In this document: positions 17,364 to 27,286 of the stretch, piece after piece
How the letters are laid out: each line of letters opens with the position of its first letter
Position numbering within the stretch: position 1 is the stretch's first letter
DNA from: Anaerolineae bacterium
GTDB taxonomy: Bacteria; Chloroflexota; Anaerolineae; Epilineales; JAHCIE01
Length of the DNA: 64,000 bases
Reading direction: 5' to 3'
Assembly: GCA_039810085.1 (NCBI GenBank)
Contig: JBDHWG010000002.1
Location: forward strand, 96,281 to 160,280
Program-made: the position numbers and the translations under genes
The notes under the pieces: model-generated
Told to the model about the DNA's origin: nothing
What the model saw: the letters and a program-made list of their open reading frames with translations, nothing else
Database searches by the model: none

Positions 17364-19160
17364 CTACTTGGCAAGAACCCGATATGCAACGATGCTAATA
17401 ACGATGAGTAGGAGAAGAATGCCAGCTGTGATGAGCAGTCTGTCCAGCTGACTCGATCCACTAAAATACCCAATCTTCTCGTCGATAACACGGCCCATCG
17501 CAGGCTTCCAGAGCTTGCGTTCTTCGTCGGAAAGGTTCATGGCCTGGCTTATCGTAGCGATGTCGGCCCGACGCACGTTCTTCAACAACTTTATGGCGTT
17601 GTCCGCGAGGTCTCGCCTGGCCCCTCGCTGAGGCGGTTCCTGTAACTTATGTGGGTGCCGTACCAGCCACTCGACGTATGGAACAAGCGTCTTGGGTTGG
17701 CCGTTACGCCTGTACTCCGCAAGCGCCTCCTCCGCCAAATAATCGAATATGGTTTGGCCTTTAGGGTCTGCCGGCACTCGTGGGACGAGTCTGAGTCTCT
17801 GGACAACACTATCCAACTCATCATACGTTGTCACAGCCTTGACCAGGGCTTGAGTTAGTTCGTGACGCATCCCCGTGTGACTGGATTCGGTCCATAGCTG
17901 ATTCGAGGCCTTGGATGAGATCGGCAGAGCGATTGCCTTCCATACATCAGACGCCCGCCGCTGATCACCGTTAACACGCCAGCTTTCAACCTTTTCGACC
18001 GTGTAGTCCGCCAGCCGGTCCAGGGTCTCTTGCAAGGCGTCGTCGGGCTTCGTGAGTGCGACCACGCGAAGGGCCAGTAGACGGGCGTGTATCTTGTCGC
18101 GCCGCGCCGTGTCATCGGAGCTAAGCTCTAGAAGGTCTTTCTGGAAGGCCGGAAACGCTAGCATGTCTTTCGCCACACCAGGCGTCGTGAGAATCAACGT
18201 TCGGCCCTCGTCCGACCAGGGCGGCTTGACGATGCTTGCAAGGCGGCGATACGCCGTCAGGAAGCTGCCGGTGTCGGACAGCTGCGCGCCGTTGGCGAGC
18301 GTACGGATGGCTTCGAGGCGCGCCCGGCCATCGGCCGACCTCAGCTCCGAGCCGACGAACTTCGCGTACTCACGTACATCCCTGTCCTGAGCGATAGTTT
18401 CGGGGGGCACATTACAGTCAATCAGGATACCTCGCTCCTCAAAGGTGGAGCCGACAGGCCCCGTCCCGGACGGCCTCGATGTCTTTAGCCCTCCGTAGAG
18501 GCCGACAATCTGTTGCGGCGCTTGGTCAGGGTTCGCTTCGTACGTGCTGAAGGTGAGACCGGGCAGCAGGCACGCCGGGAGTGTGTGCGTCAGGCCGTAG
18601 ATAAGCACAGCCGCATCCTCGGCTGACGCCGAGATATACAGATGCTGTCCCTCATGCCGGGACAGGTAGGCTTCAAGAAGGGAGGGGAGATAGTATTGGG
18701 CGATGCGTGATTCAAGATCCGACAGATCCAGCGTTCCCTTTGGGATATCGGATGGGCGTATCTCCGACAGCATGTTCTCGGAGGCCGGCAGCGGGTCCGA
18801 CCGGTGCCAGAAGTTCGACCCCCACAGCTCAATCGCTTCGGCGGCAGTGAACTCAGCGGGCAAACCCGCCACGACATGAATGAAGTAATTACCAGGCCGA
18901 CCCGTGTAGTCTTTGCCGAGCGAGACCTTGTGCACGACGGCGCGCTCGTGGCCTGTGTCCACAAGCGCCAGGCAAACGGGCGCTTCGTCGGGCGCAAGGG
19001 CAACGCCGCCCTGTGGCAGAACGTATCGCAAGTAGGGATCGAGGGCGGCGATGCGCGGGTTGCGCCGGTCCCGCAGCTGACCGGACGCGGCGCGAACCTG
19101 GAAGCCTAGCGCCCCACCTAGACCGACAGGCGAGAACGTGTAGAACAGCTGGTCGGCCAT
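17364..19160 (-). CDS. GAP1-like (GTPase-associated protein) N-terminal domain protein with C-terminal TM anchor
   Basis: The N-terminus MADQLFYTFSPVGLGGALGFQVRAASGQL matches a Q-L-[YF]-Y-T-[SF]-x-x-G-L-x-G-x-x-G-F-Q-x-x-A-x-S-x-G pattern. I recall this from memory for partners of conflict-system GTPases. It lies 8 nt upstream of a GTPase gene. The C-terminus LLITAGILLLLIVISIVAYRVL is hydrophobic. Confidence 0.5.
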   Translation of the reverse strand: MADQLFYTFSPVGLGGALGFQVRAASGQLRDRRNPRIAALDPYLRYVLPQGGVALAPDEAPVCLALVDTGHERAVVHKVSLGKDYTGRPGNYFIHVVAGLPAEFTAAEAIELWGSNFWHRSDPLPASENMLSEIRPSDIPKGTLDLSDLESRIAQYYLPSLLEAYLSRHEGQHLYISASAEDAAVLIYGLTHTLPACLLPGLTFSTYEANPDQAPQQIVGLYGGLKTSRPSGTGPVGSTFEERGILIDCNVPPETIAQDRDVREYAKFVGSELRSADGRARLEAIRTLANGAQLSDTGSFLTAYRRLASIVKPPWSDEGRTLILTTPGVAKDMLAFPAFQKDLLELSSDDTARRDKIHARLLALRVVALTKPDDALQETLDRLADYTVEKVESWRVNGDQRRASDVWKAIALPISSKASNQLWTESSHTGMRHELTQALVKAVTTYDELDSVVQRLRLVPRVPADPKGQTIFDYLAEEALAEYRRNGQPKTLVPYVEWLVRHPHKLQEPPQRGARRDLADNAIKLLKNVRRADIATISQAMNLSDEERKLWKPAMGRVIDEKIGYFSGSSQLDRLLITAGILLLLIVISIVAYRVLAK

Positions 19161-19168
19161 AACAATGC

Positions 19169-20377
19169 CTACTTCTCGCCGCCGAGCGTGTGGGTGGGGT
19201 GCGCAGAGGAAGCAGCGGTGGACTCAGCGCACTCGACGATGCCCAACTGCGCCAGGCACCACACAAGAGGGTCGAGACAGCGAATCGGCCGCGGGTCAAC
19301 GTAGTGTCCCTCGAACGCGGCTTCGCCCGTCGCCGAGGTCGCGCAAGTCGTCACTGTCTCGAATTTGGAGCGCGCCGCCTCGATCAGGTTGCCCGCTCCG
19401 AAGCGGCGTAAGAACGCCTCTGTCTCCTGCCGCGTGCTCTCCATAGCCTCTTGTTGACAGCCACGCGGATAGCGCGTGTCTTGCAGCAGGGGCGAGTCGG
19501 GCGGCAATCCTCCGATGACAAACTCGAGCAAGTCGGACTTCGCGATGGTCAGGGCGAGGGGCACAGGAATACGGTGGCTGCGCCGTCCATCTCTATTGAG
19601 CGCAAAAACGGCGGTCAGCTTGCTCATCATCTGATACGCGTCGTCACTTGCCGCAGTGATTGCGTCGTCGGCCCGAAAATACTTGGGAAGAACCTCTACC
19701 ACGTTGGGCAGAGTGAGCGGGTCAATGAGCAGCAGGATGGCGGCTGCATTCACGATGTGGGCAACACCTCGCCGCAGGGTGTCCTGGTCCTGCAAGTCCT
19801 CCCCGGAGACATCGAAGAACACGAGATTGACCTTGCGGGGTTCGGCAGAACGCGAAGAAGTGCCCCCGGCAAATTCCGCTTCATAGACGAGCGGAACATA
19901 GACCTCGGATGTCCTTATTCGCTGCGTATGAATGAGCGGCTCACGGGAGACAAAGAGTGGGGCATAGTAGTCCGCTTTGTAGCGCACATCCACATCTTGG
20001 CTCGCCGCCCTGAAGCTCGAACAGCCCAGGCCAGACAGGCCGCCTTCTTTCAATGTCTTGATTAAGGCAGCCAGGTACTGGCTCTTCCCGGACGAACTCC
20101 CCCCGACAATGGCGATGGGGAGCATCTCAGCCTCGTCAGCGTTGGGCGGCAGGAGATTGCCGCAATCAGAGCAGCGCCAGGTTGCCAATGTCCTGTTGTA
20201 TTTCTCACCTCTTATCGAGGGCGTCCATATCCAGCCGATGCCTCGCGCGATCCCCGCAGGACGCGAGCGTAGGACACGCTCCCCCTCATCGACAGCCACG
20301 ATGTCACACTCGCCAAGGCGAATGGCGTGGAAACACGTCGGGCAGATAGTTTTCTCGAATGGGCTGGTGAATGGCAT
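19169..20377 (-). CDS. P-loop GTPase with N-terminal zinc ribbon
   Basis: CPTC...WRCSDCG is two CxxC pairs. Walker A/G1 is AIVGGSSSGKS. G3 (DxxG) is VFFDVSGED. G4-like is TIAKSD. Confidence 0.65.
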   Translation of the reverse strand: MPFTSPFEKTICPTCFHAIRLGECDIVAVDEGERVLRSRPAGIARGIGWIWTPSIRGEKYNRTLATWRCSDCGNLLPPNADEAEMLPIAIVGGSSSGKSQYLAALIKTLKEGGLSGLGCSSFRAASQDVDVRYKADYYAPLFVSREPLIHTQRIRTSEVYVPLVYEAEFAGGTSSRSAEPRKVNLVFFDVSGEDLQDQDTLRRGVAHIVNAAAILLLIDPLTLPNVVEVLPKYFRADDAITAASDDAYQMMSKLTAVFALNRDGRRSHRIPVPLALTIAKSDLLEFVIGGLPPDSPLLQDTRYPRGCQQEAMESTRQETEAFLRRFGAGNLIEAARSKFETVTTCATSATGEAAFEGHYVDPRPIRCLDPLVWCLAQLGIVECAESTAASSAHPTHTLGGEK

Positions 20378-20548
20378 AATGGCCCGCTCCCTAGCGGTAC
20401 TCCTTCCTGTGCATATCTCCTACGCCGGTCGGGCGAAAGCCTTAACAAGAAATATGCGAAAGTCGGGTTGAATCTTTCGCTTGCCCTCGTGAGCCGACGG
20501 CCAAACAAGGTCTGACACGCAAGCTCTTCGTTCCTTGACCCCGCTATG

Positions 20549-22483
20549 TTATGGAGCCAATGCGGCGCGGCTGTACTCGTTGGCCCGGCGCGCGAAAATA
20601 GGCAGCGGGGTGGCGCTCGGCTGTTCAGCTGGCAACCCGAGAAGCTCGTATGCCTGGTTGTAGTACACCGTCGCCAGGCGCTCATTGACCTGCCGATGCA
20701 GCGCGGGGTCGGTAGCGGCGTGTTGGTAGCATGCTCGTGCTTCGTCATACAGCCCAAAGGCTTCGTAGACCGCGCCGCGAAGAAGCCAGCCGCTCGCGTC
20801 TCTGCTGTCCGCGATCGACGGCTCTGCGAGCATCAAATCGAGCATCTGGCGTTCGTCCTGCGACAGAAGCCGGAAGGCCGCCCGACGAGTCACGCTCCGC
20901 TGCGTCACGTGCCCCTGAAAGTCAAGGCAGGGGTAGGTGACACTCAACTGCCAGCTGCACTTGCCTTCGCCGGCAAGCTGCGCCGCTATCTCGGCCGGGC
21001 AATTCAAGCGGTGAACCCGCTCGGCCTCGGCTCTCGTGTCGAAAGGCGCCTCCAAATCCAGGACGACGACCGACGATGTCCAGACGACCGCATTGCCAGC
21101 GCGAATTGTCACTTGGGCTGTCAACGGCGGCAGGCTCCCTTCCTGGTCCAGCACATCCTGGCAGGCGTCCATGATCTCCTGGCCGACAGTCCACTGGAAC
21201 ACAGGCGACTCACGCAGTGAGCAGCTTGCGGGCGCAAGCAGCTCTGGCGTCGCACCCAAGTGGAACTCTACCTTGACGTGAATCTCAACGTGGAGTCTAC
21301 ACAGAAACCCCACAACCCGCCGCAGCCGCCGTCGCGCCTCGGGCTGTGGCGCTGACGCCCGCCGCTCAAGTTTCGCCCGTGTCGCAAGATTGAAATCGCC
21401 CAGGCCAGGGAAGCACGCCGAATCGAACAGCCGCCCGTCCGAGGCGCGCATAAAGAGCACAGGGATGCTCCATTCGGCCTGGGTGAGGTCAGTTTGCAGG
21501 AGCGCTTTGCGGCCCTCTGTGACAGCCGCATCGACCGCCAGCCCGCCAGCGACGGCCTCGTAGAACTCGCTGGCAAAAATGCCAGCTTGCCAGTCACGCG
21601 GGCTGCCCCACATTCCAACCACCGCCGGAACCCCCGCCTGGATGAGCGCTGGTCCCACGCCCTGGCTCACATTGCTGTGGGCCGGCTCAGCGGTGTGACA
21701 CGCATTCAGAACCGCCAGCCGAACCTGGGTGTCGCTGAGCATTTGGGCCAGCTCCACCGCTGACAAACGGTCTAGCGGTTGATGGTCGCCGAGCAGATAC
21801 AGTTCGCCGCCTTTATTCGCGTTATATCTCCCATGGCCAATGAAATGGAATACGTGATAGCCCTGGCGAAGCTTATCCTGCAATGCTGCCCGTGTAGTCT
21901 CCTCGATGCAGTCCAGGACGAGTAGCCCCCTCTCCAACAGAGGCTCTAGCGCCTTCGTGACTCGGTTGCGCTCCTCGGCTGTGTCCAACGTGCTTAAGCC
22001 AGATGACGAGCCAGTCACGAGCAAGACCCGCAGCGGCAATTGGACCATGAGCGGCTGGATCGGGTACGGCGCCGGCAGGTAACGCACGAGGGGTGTGTTG
22101 AGAGACAGGGCGACGAAGTTTCTGGCGTTGATACCATCATACAGCATCTCCCAGCGGAGACGCGCTACGTCCGGCTCGGGTAAATGCAGACGGACGCGCA
22201 GCCCTTGATCGGCCCCCAGTCTGGCTCGACTGGTGGTATAGCATTGCACCACGTCCTCGGTAAATGCAAAGCCATACGGCTCGCCCGCTGCTGCCCGATC
22301 CCCGTGGACGTTCAACAGCAGACCCAGTCCACCTGCATCAGACGGCGCTCCAGGCTTCACGGGTACGCGGTACAGCCCGCCGCTCGCGTCTCCCGCGAGG
22401 TCAGATCGCGCCTCCACTCTGTACTGGCACTCGCCCGGCGCCTGGTTCTGCGTGACGCGTAGGTCGAAATTCACATATCTCAT
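20549..22483 (-). CDS. CHAT domain (caspase-like) peptidase with C-terminal TPR-like helical region
   Basis: YHVFHFIGHG (His) and LAVLNACHT (Cys) form the characteristic CHAT/caspase dyad. The C-terminal ~150 aa is helical repeats. Confidence 0.75.
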   Translation of the reverse strand: MRYVNFDLRVTQNQAPGECQYRVEARSDLAGDASGGLYRVPVKPGAPSDAGGLGLLLNVHGDRAAAGEPYGFAFTEDVVQCYTTSRARLGADQGLRVRLHLPEPDVARLRWEMLYDGINARNFVALSLNTPLVRYLPAPYPIQPLMVQLPLRVLLVTGSSSGLSTLDTAEERNRVTKALEPLLERGLLVLDCIEETTRAALQDKLRQGYHVFHFIGHGRYNANKGGELYLLGDHQPLDRLSAVELAQMLSDTQVRLAVLNACHTAEPAHSNVSQGVGPALIQAGVPAVVGMWGSPRDWQAGIFASEFYEAVAGGLAVDAAVTEGRKALLQTDLTQAEWSIPVLFMRASDGRLFDSACFPGLGDFNLATRAKLERRASAPQPEARRRLRRVVGFLCRLHVEIHVKVEFHLGATPELLAPASCSLRESPVFQWTVGQEIMDACQDVLDQEGSLPPLTAQVTIRAGNAVVWTSSVVVLDLEAPFDTRAEAERVHRLNCPAEIAAQLAGEGKCSWQLSVTYPCLDFQGHVTQRSVTRRAAFRLLSQDERQMLDLMLAEPSIADSRDASGWLLRGAVYEAFGLYDEARACYQHAATDPALHRQVNERLATVYYNQAYELLGLPAEQPSATPLPIFARRANEYSRAALAP

Positions 22484-22492
22484 GCGCCTCCC

Positions 22493-25400
22493 TTAGCCCT
22501 CGACTGGCGCGACAGATTGCGGCCCGACGGACATCGGCAGGAGCGGCGCGCCAACTCCGTCCCTGAGCGTCTTAATGCGGTAAAGGTGGTTTATCTCCGA
22601 GAGACGCATGCCCTGGGGGCGTGTCTCGAACTGTTTCGCTACAAATGCGATCCAATCGTAGGTTTGCTGCGGGACAATGTCTTCAGTTGTACCCGTAGCC
22701 GTGTCCACGCCGGCGCGGACCGCCACGTCGGCAAGCCCCTGGGTGAGAGTGCAGCACCCCAGGAACGTCTTATCCCCGCGAGCCTGGGTAATGTCGTTCG
22801 GGCTTATCTTGCCGCCTTTAGACACCATGTTGTTGTTCGCATCCATGTGTCCGATGATAAAGACATCGACGCCTGGGCGACTCAGCTCGGCGAGGACCTT
22901 CTCGCGGTCGTTGGCCTGGCCTCTGATACCTACGATTTGCGCTCCCTGCCGTTTCAACGGCTCTACCGCTGTGTCGAAAGCTGCGCGGCTGCGCTCAGCC
23001 TCTTCTGGCGTGAGTCGGGGGTCCTCCAGGTTCACGACGACCATCTGGCTCGGCATGATATTGGCTTCCGCATTGATGACGGCCCTGGCGTGCAGGGGTG
23101 TCGAGGTCTCTCCCACCAGTCGCACGTTGTTCGCTCCCAGTTCGTTGTGAGCGAATGCACCCAGGTCGGGGCGCATGTCGAGAAGCACAGGCCCATCCCC
23201 CGGCAGCAGCCAGCGAAACTGCTCATCATAGATCGGCGGGAGCTTCACCACCTCGCCCGACTGACCCGCGCGACTGAGACTGGCTTCAACCGCCCCCTTC
23301 ACCCTCTCCCGAACCGCCGCGTCGCCGATGACGCGGAGGCCGGGGTAGAACTCGTCAACCCGCTGCAGGATGTCGTGGGGATCCGCCGCCGGCGCCTGCT
23401 GTGTGAAGGTGGCTTCGATTGCGTCGCGCATGAGCATGCTCATCTCTCGCGTGACCTGCCTGCCACTCTCGTGAGACGTCGCTTGCACCTGGGCTAACTC
23501 CTGCCCTTTCGTCATGACTTCTGGGGATGTTGGCGCAAGCTCGCCGCCCCCAGTAAGCCAGGCAAATGTGCGGCGGCTATCCGCGCCATCCGTCTTGGTA
23601 TCCACTTCGAAGATGCCGGTGACACGCAGCCCCTTCGCCTGTGCGCCCACATCCGCAACCAAGCGGACGGCATCGTCCTGAGGGTGCGCGAGCCTGTCGA
23701 AATGGCGCTCCACGAGCGCCCCGTCCGTCCCCGCAACGAGGACCACCACCTCCGCCGCGCCCTCGTTCACCCCGCCAACGGCGCCGCTTTGCACATCAAG
23801 AAGACGCGTCGCATAACCGCGCTCCTTAAGCTGTGTCAACGCCGGTTGCGCTTTGACCAGCGCGTCCTGCGCCTCTTTGGAGTCCAGCCGACCGTCGATG
23901 ACGGCCGTGTCGCCCGCGAAGCGGAGAGCAAACTTGCCCGTCAGCTCGATAATCGCCGTCTTGCTTCCCTGTTTGGCGAATCCGGACCAGTCCAACTTTG
24001 AGCTATCGGACAGTGCCTGATACAGGATGCTGTTGAGTTCGAGCTTCACGCCCTGCAGCGCCTTCCGCGCCTCGGCAGGGTCGGCGGTCTGCTTTGTCTC
24101 AGTGACTGAAACCTCGGTTACCTTTGCCTGTCGGTTCCGTTGGATCGTGATGGTTCGCCGCTGCGAGTCTCGGACGACCTCGATCATGGAGCCATCCGGG
24201 TTGTAGCTAATTGCGTGGACAGAGCCATTGTCCTGATACCAGGTGACGCGGCCTATGTCATCGATGCGGGTCACGATCACCTTGTCCTGGAGTTGGAACC
24301 GGCTGGGGGAGCCGTTGGCGTAGTTGACCCGAAGCACGCGTCCGTCCGACCCGCTGACGTCCGTCAGACGCTCGCCGTCGTACGTCAGGTTGGCGCTTTT
24401 GCCGTTCGAGCCGACGATGTGCGTCAGCTTGTTGTTGTCATACTGGAACTCAATCTGACCGCCAGAGGAATGCGCGGCTTTCGTCAGGTGGTCCGCCGCA
24501 TCATACTTGTAGTCAATATGCTCGCCATCTCGCGCCTGGGAGCGCAACTGACCGTCTTCATCAAAGGTGTACTGATCCAGGCCATCCTGGTGCACGAAGG
24601 TGTGCGTCTCCCTATCGTACCTTATCTCGCTCGGCGCCGCGTTACCCTCCGCCGCATAGATGATGCGTCCGTCCCCGTCGATCCGTTTCGTGTTGTAGAA
24701 GCGTTGCTGGCGGCCCGTTGCGTCGTCCACAACGGTAAGCGAGTCGTAGAGCTTGATGGGCTGACCATTCATGATGAATGTATCGCCGCCGTCCAGGGTC
24801 ATCCGTTTCTGCTCCAGCCGCCACCCCTTGCCGAGAGGTGACGTCTCCTGGTCCACGGAGGTATAACCAATGACCGTGTTGAGCGGCAGTTGGCCCTTCA
24901 CCGCAATATCCATCACCTTCTCGCGGACGGTCAAAGCGCCCGGTAGCAGTGTCGGCTGCATCGAAATAGCGACACCGGTCACGGTCTTACCATCTCCATT
25001 AGCCGATGTTTTCGCGCTGTCGAGAGGCGTGTTCTCGACAGCCTCGCGTATGCCGCGCACGCTGCCGTCCTCTTTTAACGGCAGGGGCTTGTTGCGGAAG
25101 GCATAGTCAACGCCCCCGAATACGGCAGAGATTTGAGTCCAAATCTTGTCGCTCGACTGCTCTGATTTCGACCGCTGCACCGCGTGTCCGGGAGTCGTCT
25201 TCGGTGTCTCAGCGCCAATCGGGTAGCTCGCGAGCCAGTTGAGGTCAACCGGAGCATTGTTGTCGTGCAGCCACCGGGCTACGCTGAGTAGCTTAGCTAA
25301 CTGCTTCAGCGCGCCGACCTCGGGCTTTTCAGCCGCGAATGCGTCGAAGTGGGTGTTGAAGTGATTGACAAAGGCATCAACGACCGGGTCGGAACCGGCC

Positions 25401-26464
25401 ACGTCGTGCTTGTTCCCCTGGCTGTCGAATTGCACAAAACGCGCTTCGATGCCCAGCGGCACATCGTCGAAGAGCATGACCTGGCGGTCGTCGCTGACGC
25501 GCACATCAAGCTTCTGATCCTTGAGCAAGTACCACATGCGGTGCCACTGCGGGTTGGTCTGTTGTCCGCCAAGCTGCAGGCGCAGATCGACTTCACTCTG
25601 GTAGCCTGGCACCGCCAGCGTGACAGGTTCGTGGGTTATCGTGTCCTCGCCCAGGCCCAGTGTCTTGAGATAGCGGTCTGCCTCATACATCACCAGGCCG
25701 AAATGGGTCCCTTCCGTCTGGCCGTAGTAGCTCACTTTCATAGTCCCAGACGGGTTACGCGGGTCTATCGGATCAATACTGACGCCGGCGTCCTCGTGAC
25801 TCGAGTATACTGACCGCAACGCCACGACCAGGTCGCTCGGGTCGAGCTCGGGCAGGGACGGATTGTGGACGCCTAGCAGAAAGAGACGGCCTGTCGAAGG
25901 CTCATAAACCGCGCCGGTCAGGTCATTGATGTGCGCCAGCTGGGGCAGGCTGATCGACGGAGAGAGACCGCCCAACCCACCCCCGACGTCATAGTCCTTC
26001 GACGATACGCCGAGTTGCGCCAACAGGTCCGCAGCTTTGGAGGCCGGGTTGGCCGTGTTGAATGTGTAGCGGGTGGTCTTGTCTACAGCAAAGAGGATCT
26101 GGATGCTGGGGCCTGGTGGGGGCAATGACGCGGGGGACGCGGCGGCTGAGCTGCTCCCTAACCCACCGCCAGGCGGCGCATTTGCGCCGGTCGTTGGAGC
26201 GTTACTGGCCTGTGATGCCTTTGGCCTGGCATCGGCGGCGGGCGATGAGGGGCGGCTCAGGACGGATGGCAGCGTCGGCAACTTGGCCGCTAATGGTCGC
26301 AGTGGCCCGACGAGAATCAGACCCGCCACGAGGGCGACGAGAGCAAGGCCCACAACTGCCGCGATGATCAGCCATCGTCGAGACTTCGACGCGCGGCGGT
26401 ATGTGTACGGCGTCCCACTTTCATTCGTGGGCGTGTAGCGGAGACTATCCCAATCATCGCTCAT
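22493..26464 (-). CDS. 1323-aa membrane-anchored protein with YD/RHS-like repeats and possible C-terminal caspase-like His/Cys dyad
   Basis: N-terminal TM WLIIAAVVGLALVALVAGLILV. Multiple YD-type repeats (YTFDEDGQL, YKYDAADHL, QYDNNKL, YDGERLTDV, SYNPDGSM). The C-terminus has FIIGHMD and then FLGCCT ~35 aa later. It lies 10 nt downstream of the CHAT gene. Confidence 0.6.
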   Translation of the reverse strand: MSDDWDSLRYTPTNESGTPYTYRRASKSRRWLIIAAVVGLALVALVAGLILVGPLRPLAAKLPTLPSVLSRPSSPAADARPKASQASNAPTTGANAPPGGGLGSSSAAASPASLPPPGPSIQILFAVDKTTRYTFNTANPASKAADLLAQLGVSSKDYDVGGGLGGLSPSISLPQLAHINDLTGAVYEPSTGRLFLLGVHNPSLPELDPSDLVVALRSVYSSHEDAGVSIDPIDPRNPSGTMKVSYYGQTEGTHFGLVMYEADRYLKTLGLGEDTITHEPVTLAVPGYQSEVDLRLQLGGQQTNPQWHRMWYLLKDQKLDVRVSDDRQVMLFDDVPLGIEARFVQFDSQGNKHDVAGSDPVVDAFVNHFNTHFDAFAAEKPEVGALKQLAKLLSVARWLHDNNAPVDLNWLASYPIGAETPKTTPGHAVQRSKSEQSSDKIWTQISAVFGGVDYAFRNKPLPLKEDGSVRGIREAVENTPLDSAKTSANGDGKTVTGVAISMQPTLLPGALTVREKVMDIAVKGQLPLNTVIGYTSVDQETSPLGKGWRLEQKRMTLDGGDTFIMNGQPIKLYDSLTVVDDATGRQQRFYNTKRIDGDGRIIYAAEGNAAPSEIRYDRETHTFVHQDGLDQYTFDEDGQLRSQARDGEHIDYKYDAADHLTKAAHSSGGQIEFQYDNNKLTHIVGSNGKSANLTYDGERLTDVSGSDGRVLRVNYANGSPSRFQLQDKVIVTRIDDIGRVTWYQDNGSVHAISYNPDGSMIEVVRDSQRRTITIQRNRQAKVTEVSVTETKQTADPAEARKALQGVKLELNSILYQALSDSSKLDWSGFAKQGSKTAIIELTGKFALRFAGDTAVIDGRLDSKEAQDALVKAQPALTQLKERGYATRLLDVQSGAVGGVNEGAAEVVVLVAGTDGALVERHFDRLAHPQDDAVRLVADVGAQAKGLRVTGIFEVDTKTDGADSRRTFAWLTGGGELAPTSPEVMTKGQELAQVQATSHESGRQVTREMSMLMRDAIEATFTQQAPAADPHDILQRVDEFYPGLRVIGDAAVRERVKGAVEASLSRAGQSGEVVKLPPIYDEQFRWLLPGDGPVLLDMRPDLGAFAHNELGANNVRLVGETSTPLHARAVINAEANIMPSQMVVVNLEDPRLTPEEAERSRAAFDTAVEPLKRQGAQIVGIRGQANDREKVLAELSRPGVDVFIIGHMDANNNMVSKGGKISPNDITQARGDKTFLGCCTLTQGLADVAVRAGVDTATGTTEDIVPQQTYDWIAFVAKQFETRPQGMRLSEINHLYRIKTLRDGVGAPLLPMSVGPQSVAPVEG

Positions 26465-26507
26465 AGCGCCTCCCCATGCGATAAGCCCTCAAGCGCCCCA
26501 GCATTTC

Positions 26508-27239
26508 CTACGTCTTCGCCGCGCTTTCGTTTGGCCCAGTTTGTAGACCCAGTTGACGAGTAACCTCTTGCGTTGACAACGTCAGAGGTTCACCCAAGGC
26601 GAGGCACACGCGGCCCACAATCCGGCTCATGGTTCGATTAGCGTAATGCACGATCCACACTTCGCGCACCAGCATCCGACCGATATTCCGGCGCGCAACC
26701 TCGCGCAGCCCCGCCGCGAATCGCTCGCGCTCAACGGCCGAGGCAAAGGGCTGTGCGTTGTTCAGGTAGCCGATAGAGACGTGCAACCCGGTCTGATGCT
26801 TTGGCGCATCGAATCGCGGATAGTGCGCCAAACAGGCCGCGAGACGCTGCGCCAGCGTATCCTCATTGGCGAGCACCATCCCGCTGTCCGCCAGGTGAAC
26901 GCCACCAAGCGCCAATTGGAAAGGCGCGGCGCGGCTGCATATAGTAGCCACATCGGCGATGAAGCCAGGCAAGTCGGCCGGCAGCTCGGAGACCTCAAGT
27001 GGCGGGGCGTCGCGGTATCGCCCCCGCAGCGGTGCGGCTAGGGTCACATGCAGCTGCGGCGTTTCATACCAGACGAAGCGCCCCGGCAGCAAGCCCTCCA
27101 GGTCGTCTTGAATCGCCTGAACGCGATCACAGAGGGGTTCGGCGAGAGGCAAGCCCGCGACAAGACTGAGGCCATAGCTCGTTGCGCTGTTTCTGGCGGT
27201 GGTCTCGCGCACCTTGTCCTCGTCCAGCCATACGCCCAC
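26508..27239 (-). CDS. 2H phosphoesterase superfamily protein (LigT/2'-5' RNA ligase-like)
   Basis: Two H-x-[TS]-x motifs, LHVTLA and LHVSIGY, about 95 aa apart. Confidence 0.6.
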   Translation of the reverse strand: MGVWLDEDKVRETTARNSATSYGLSLVAGLPLAEPLCDRVQAIQDDLEGLLPGRFVWYETPQLHVTLAAPLRGRYRDAPPLEVSELPADLPGFIADVATICSRAAPFQLALGGVHLADSGMVLANEDTLAQRLAACLAHYPRFDAPKHQTGLHVSIGYLNNAQPFASAVERERFAAGLREVARRNIGRMLVREVWIVHYANRTMSRIVGRVCLALGEPLTLSTQEVTRQLGLQTGPNESAAKT

Positions 27240-27286
27240 GTCCTTAGCCTCCGCCTGCCCTATCGCGCAGCACTTACGAACGGGAA

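Noticed and set aside
22517-24841. Plus-strand ORFs 22517..23497 and 24140..24841
   Set aside because: They are antisense shadows of the YD-repeat protein gene.
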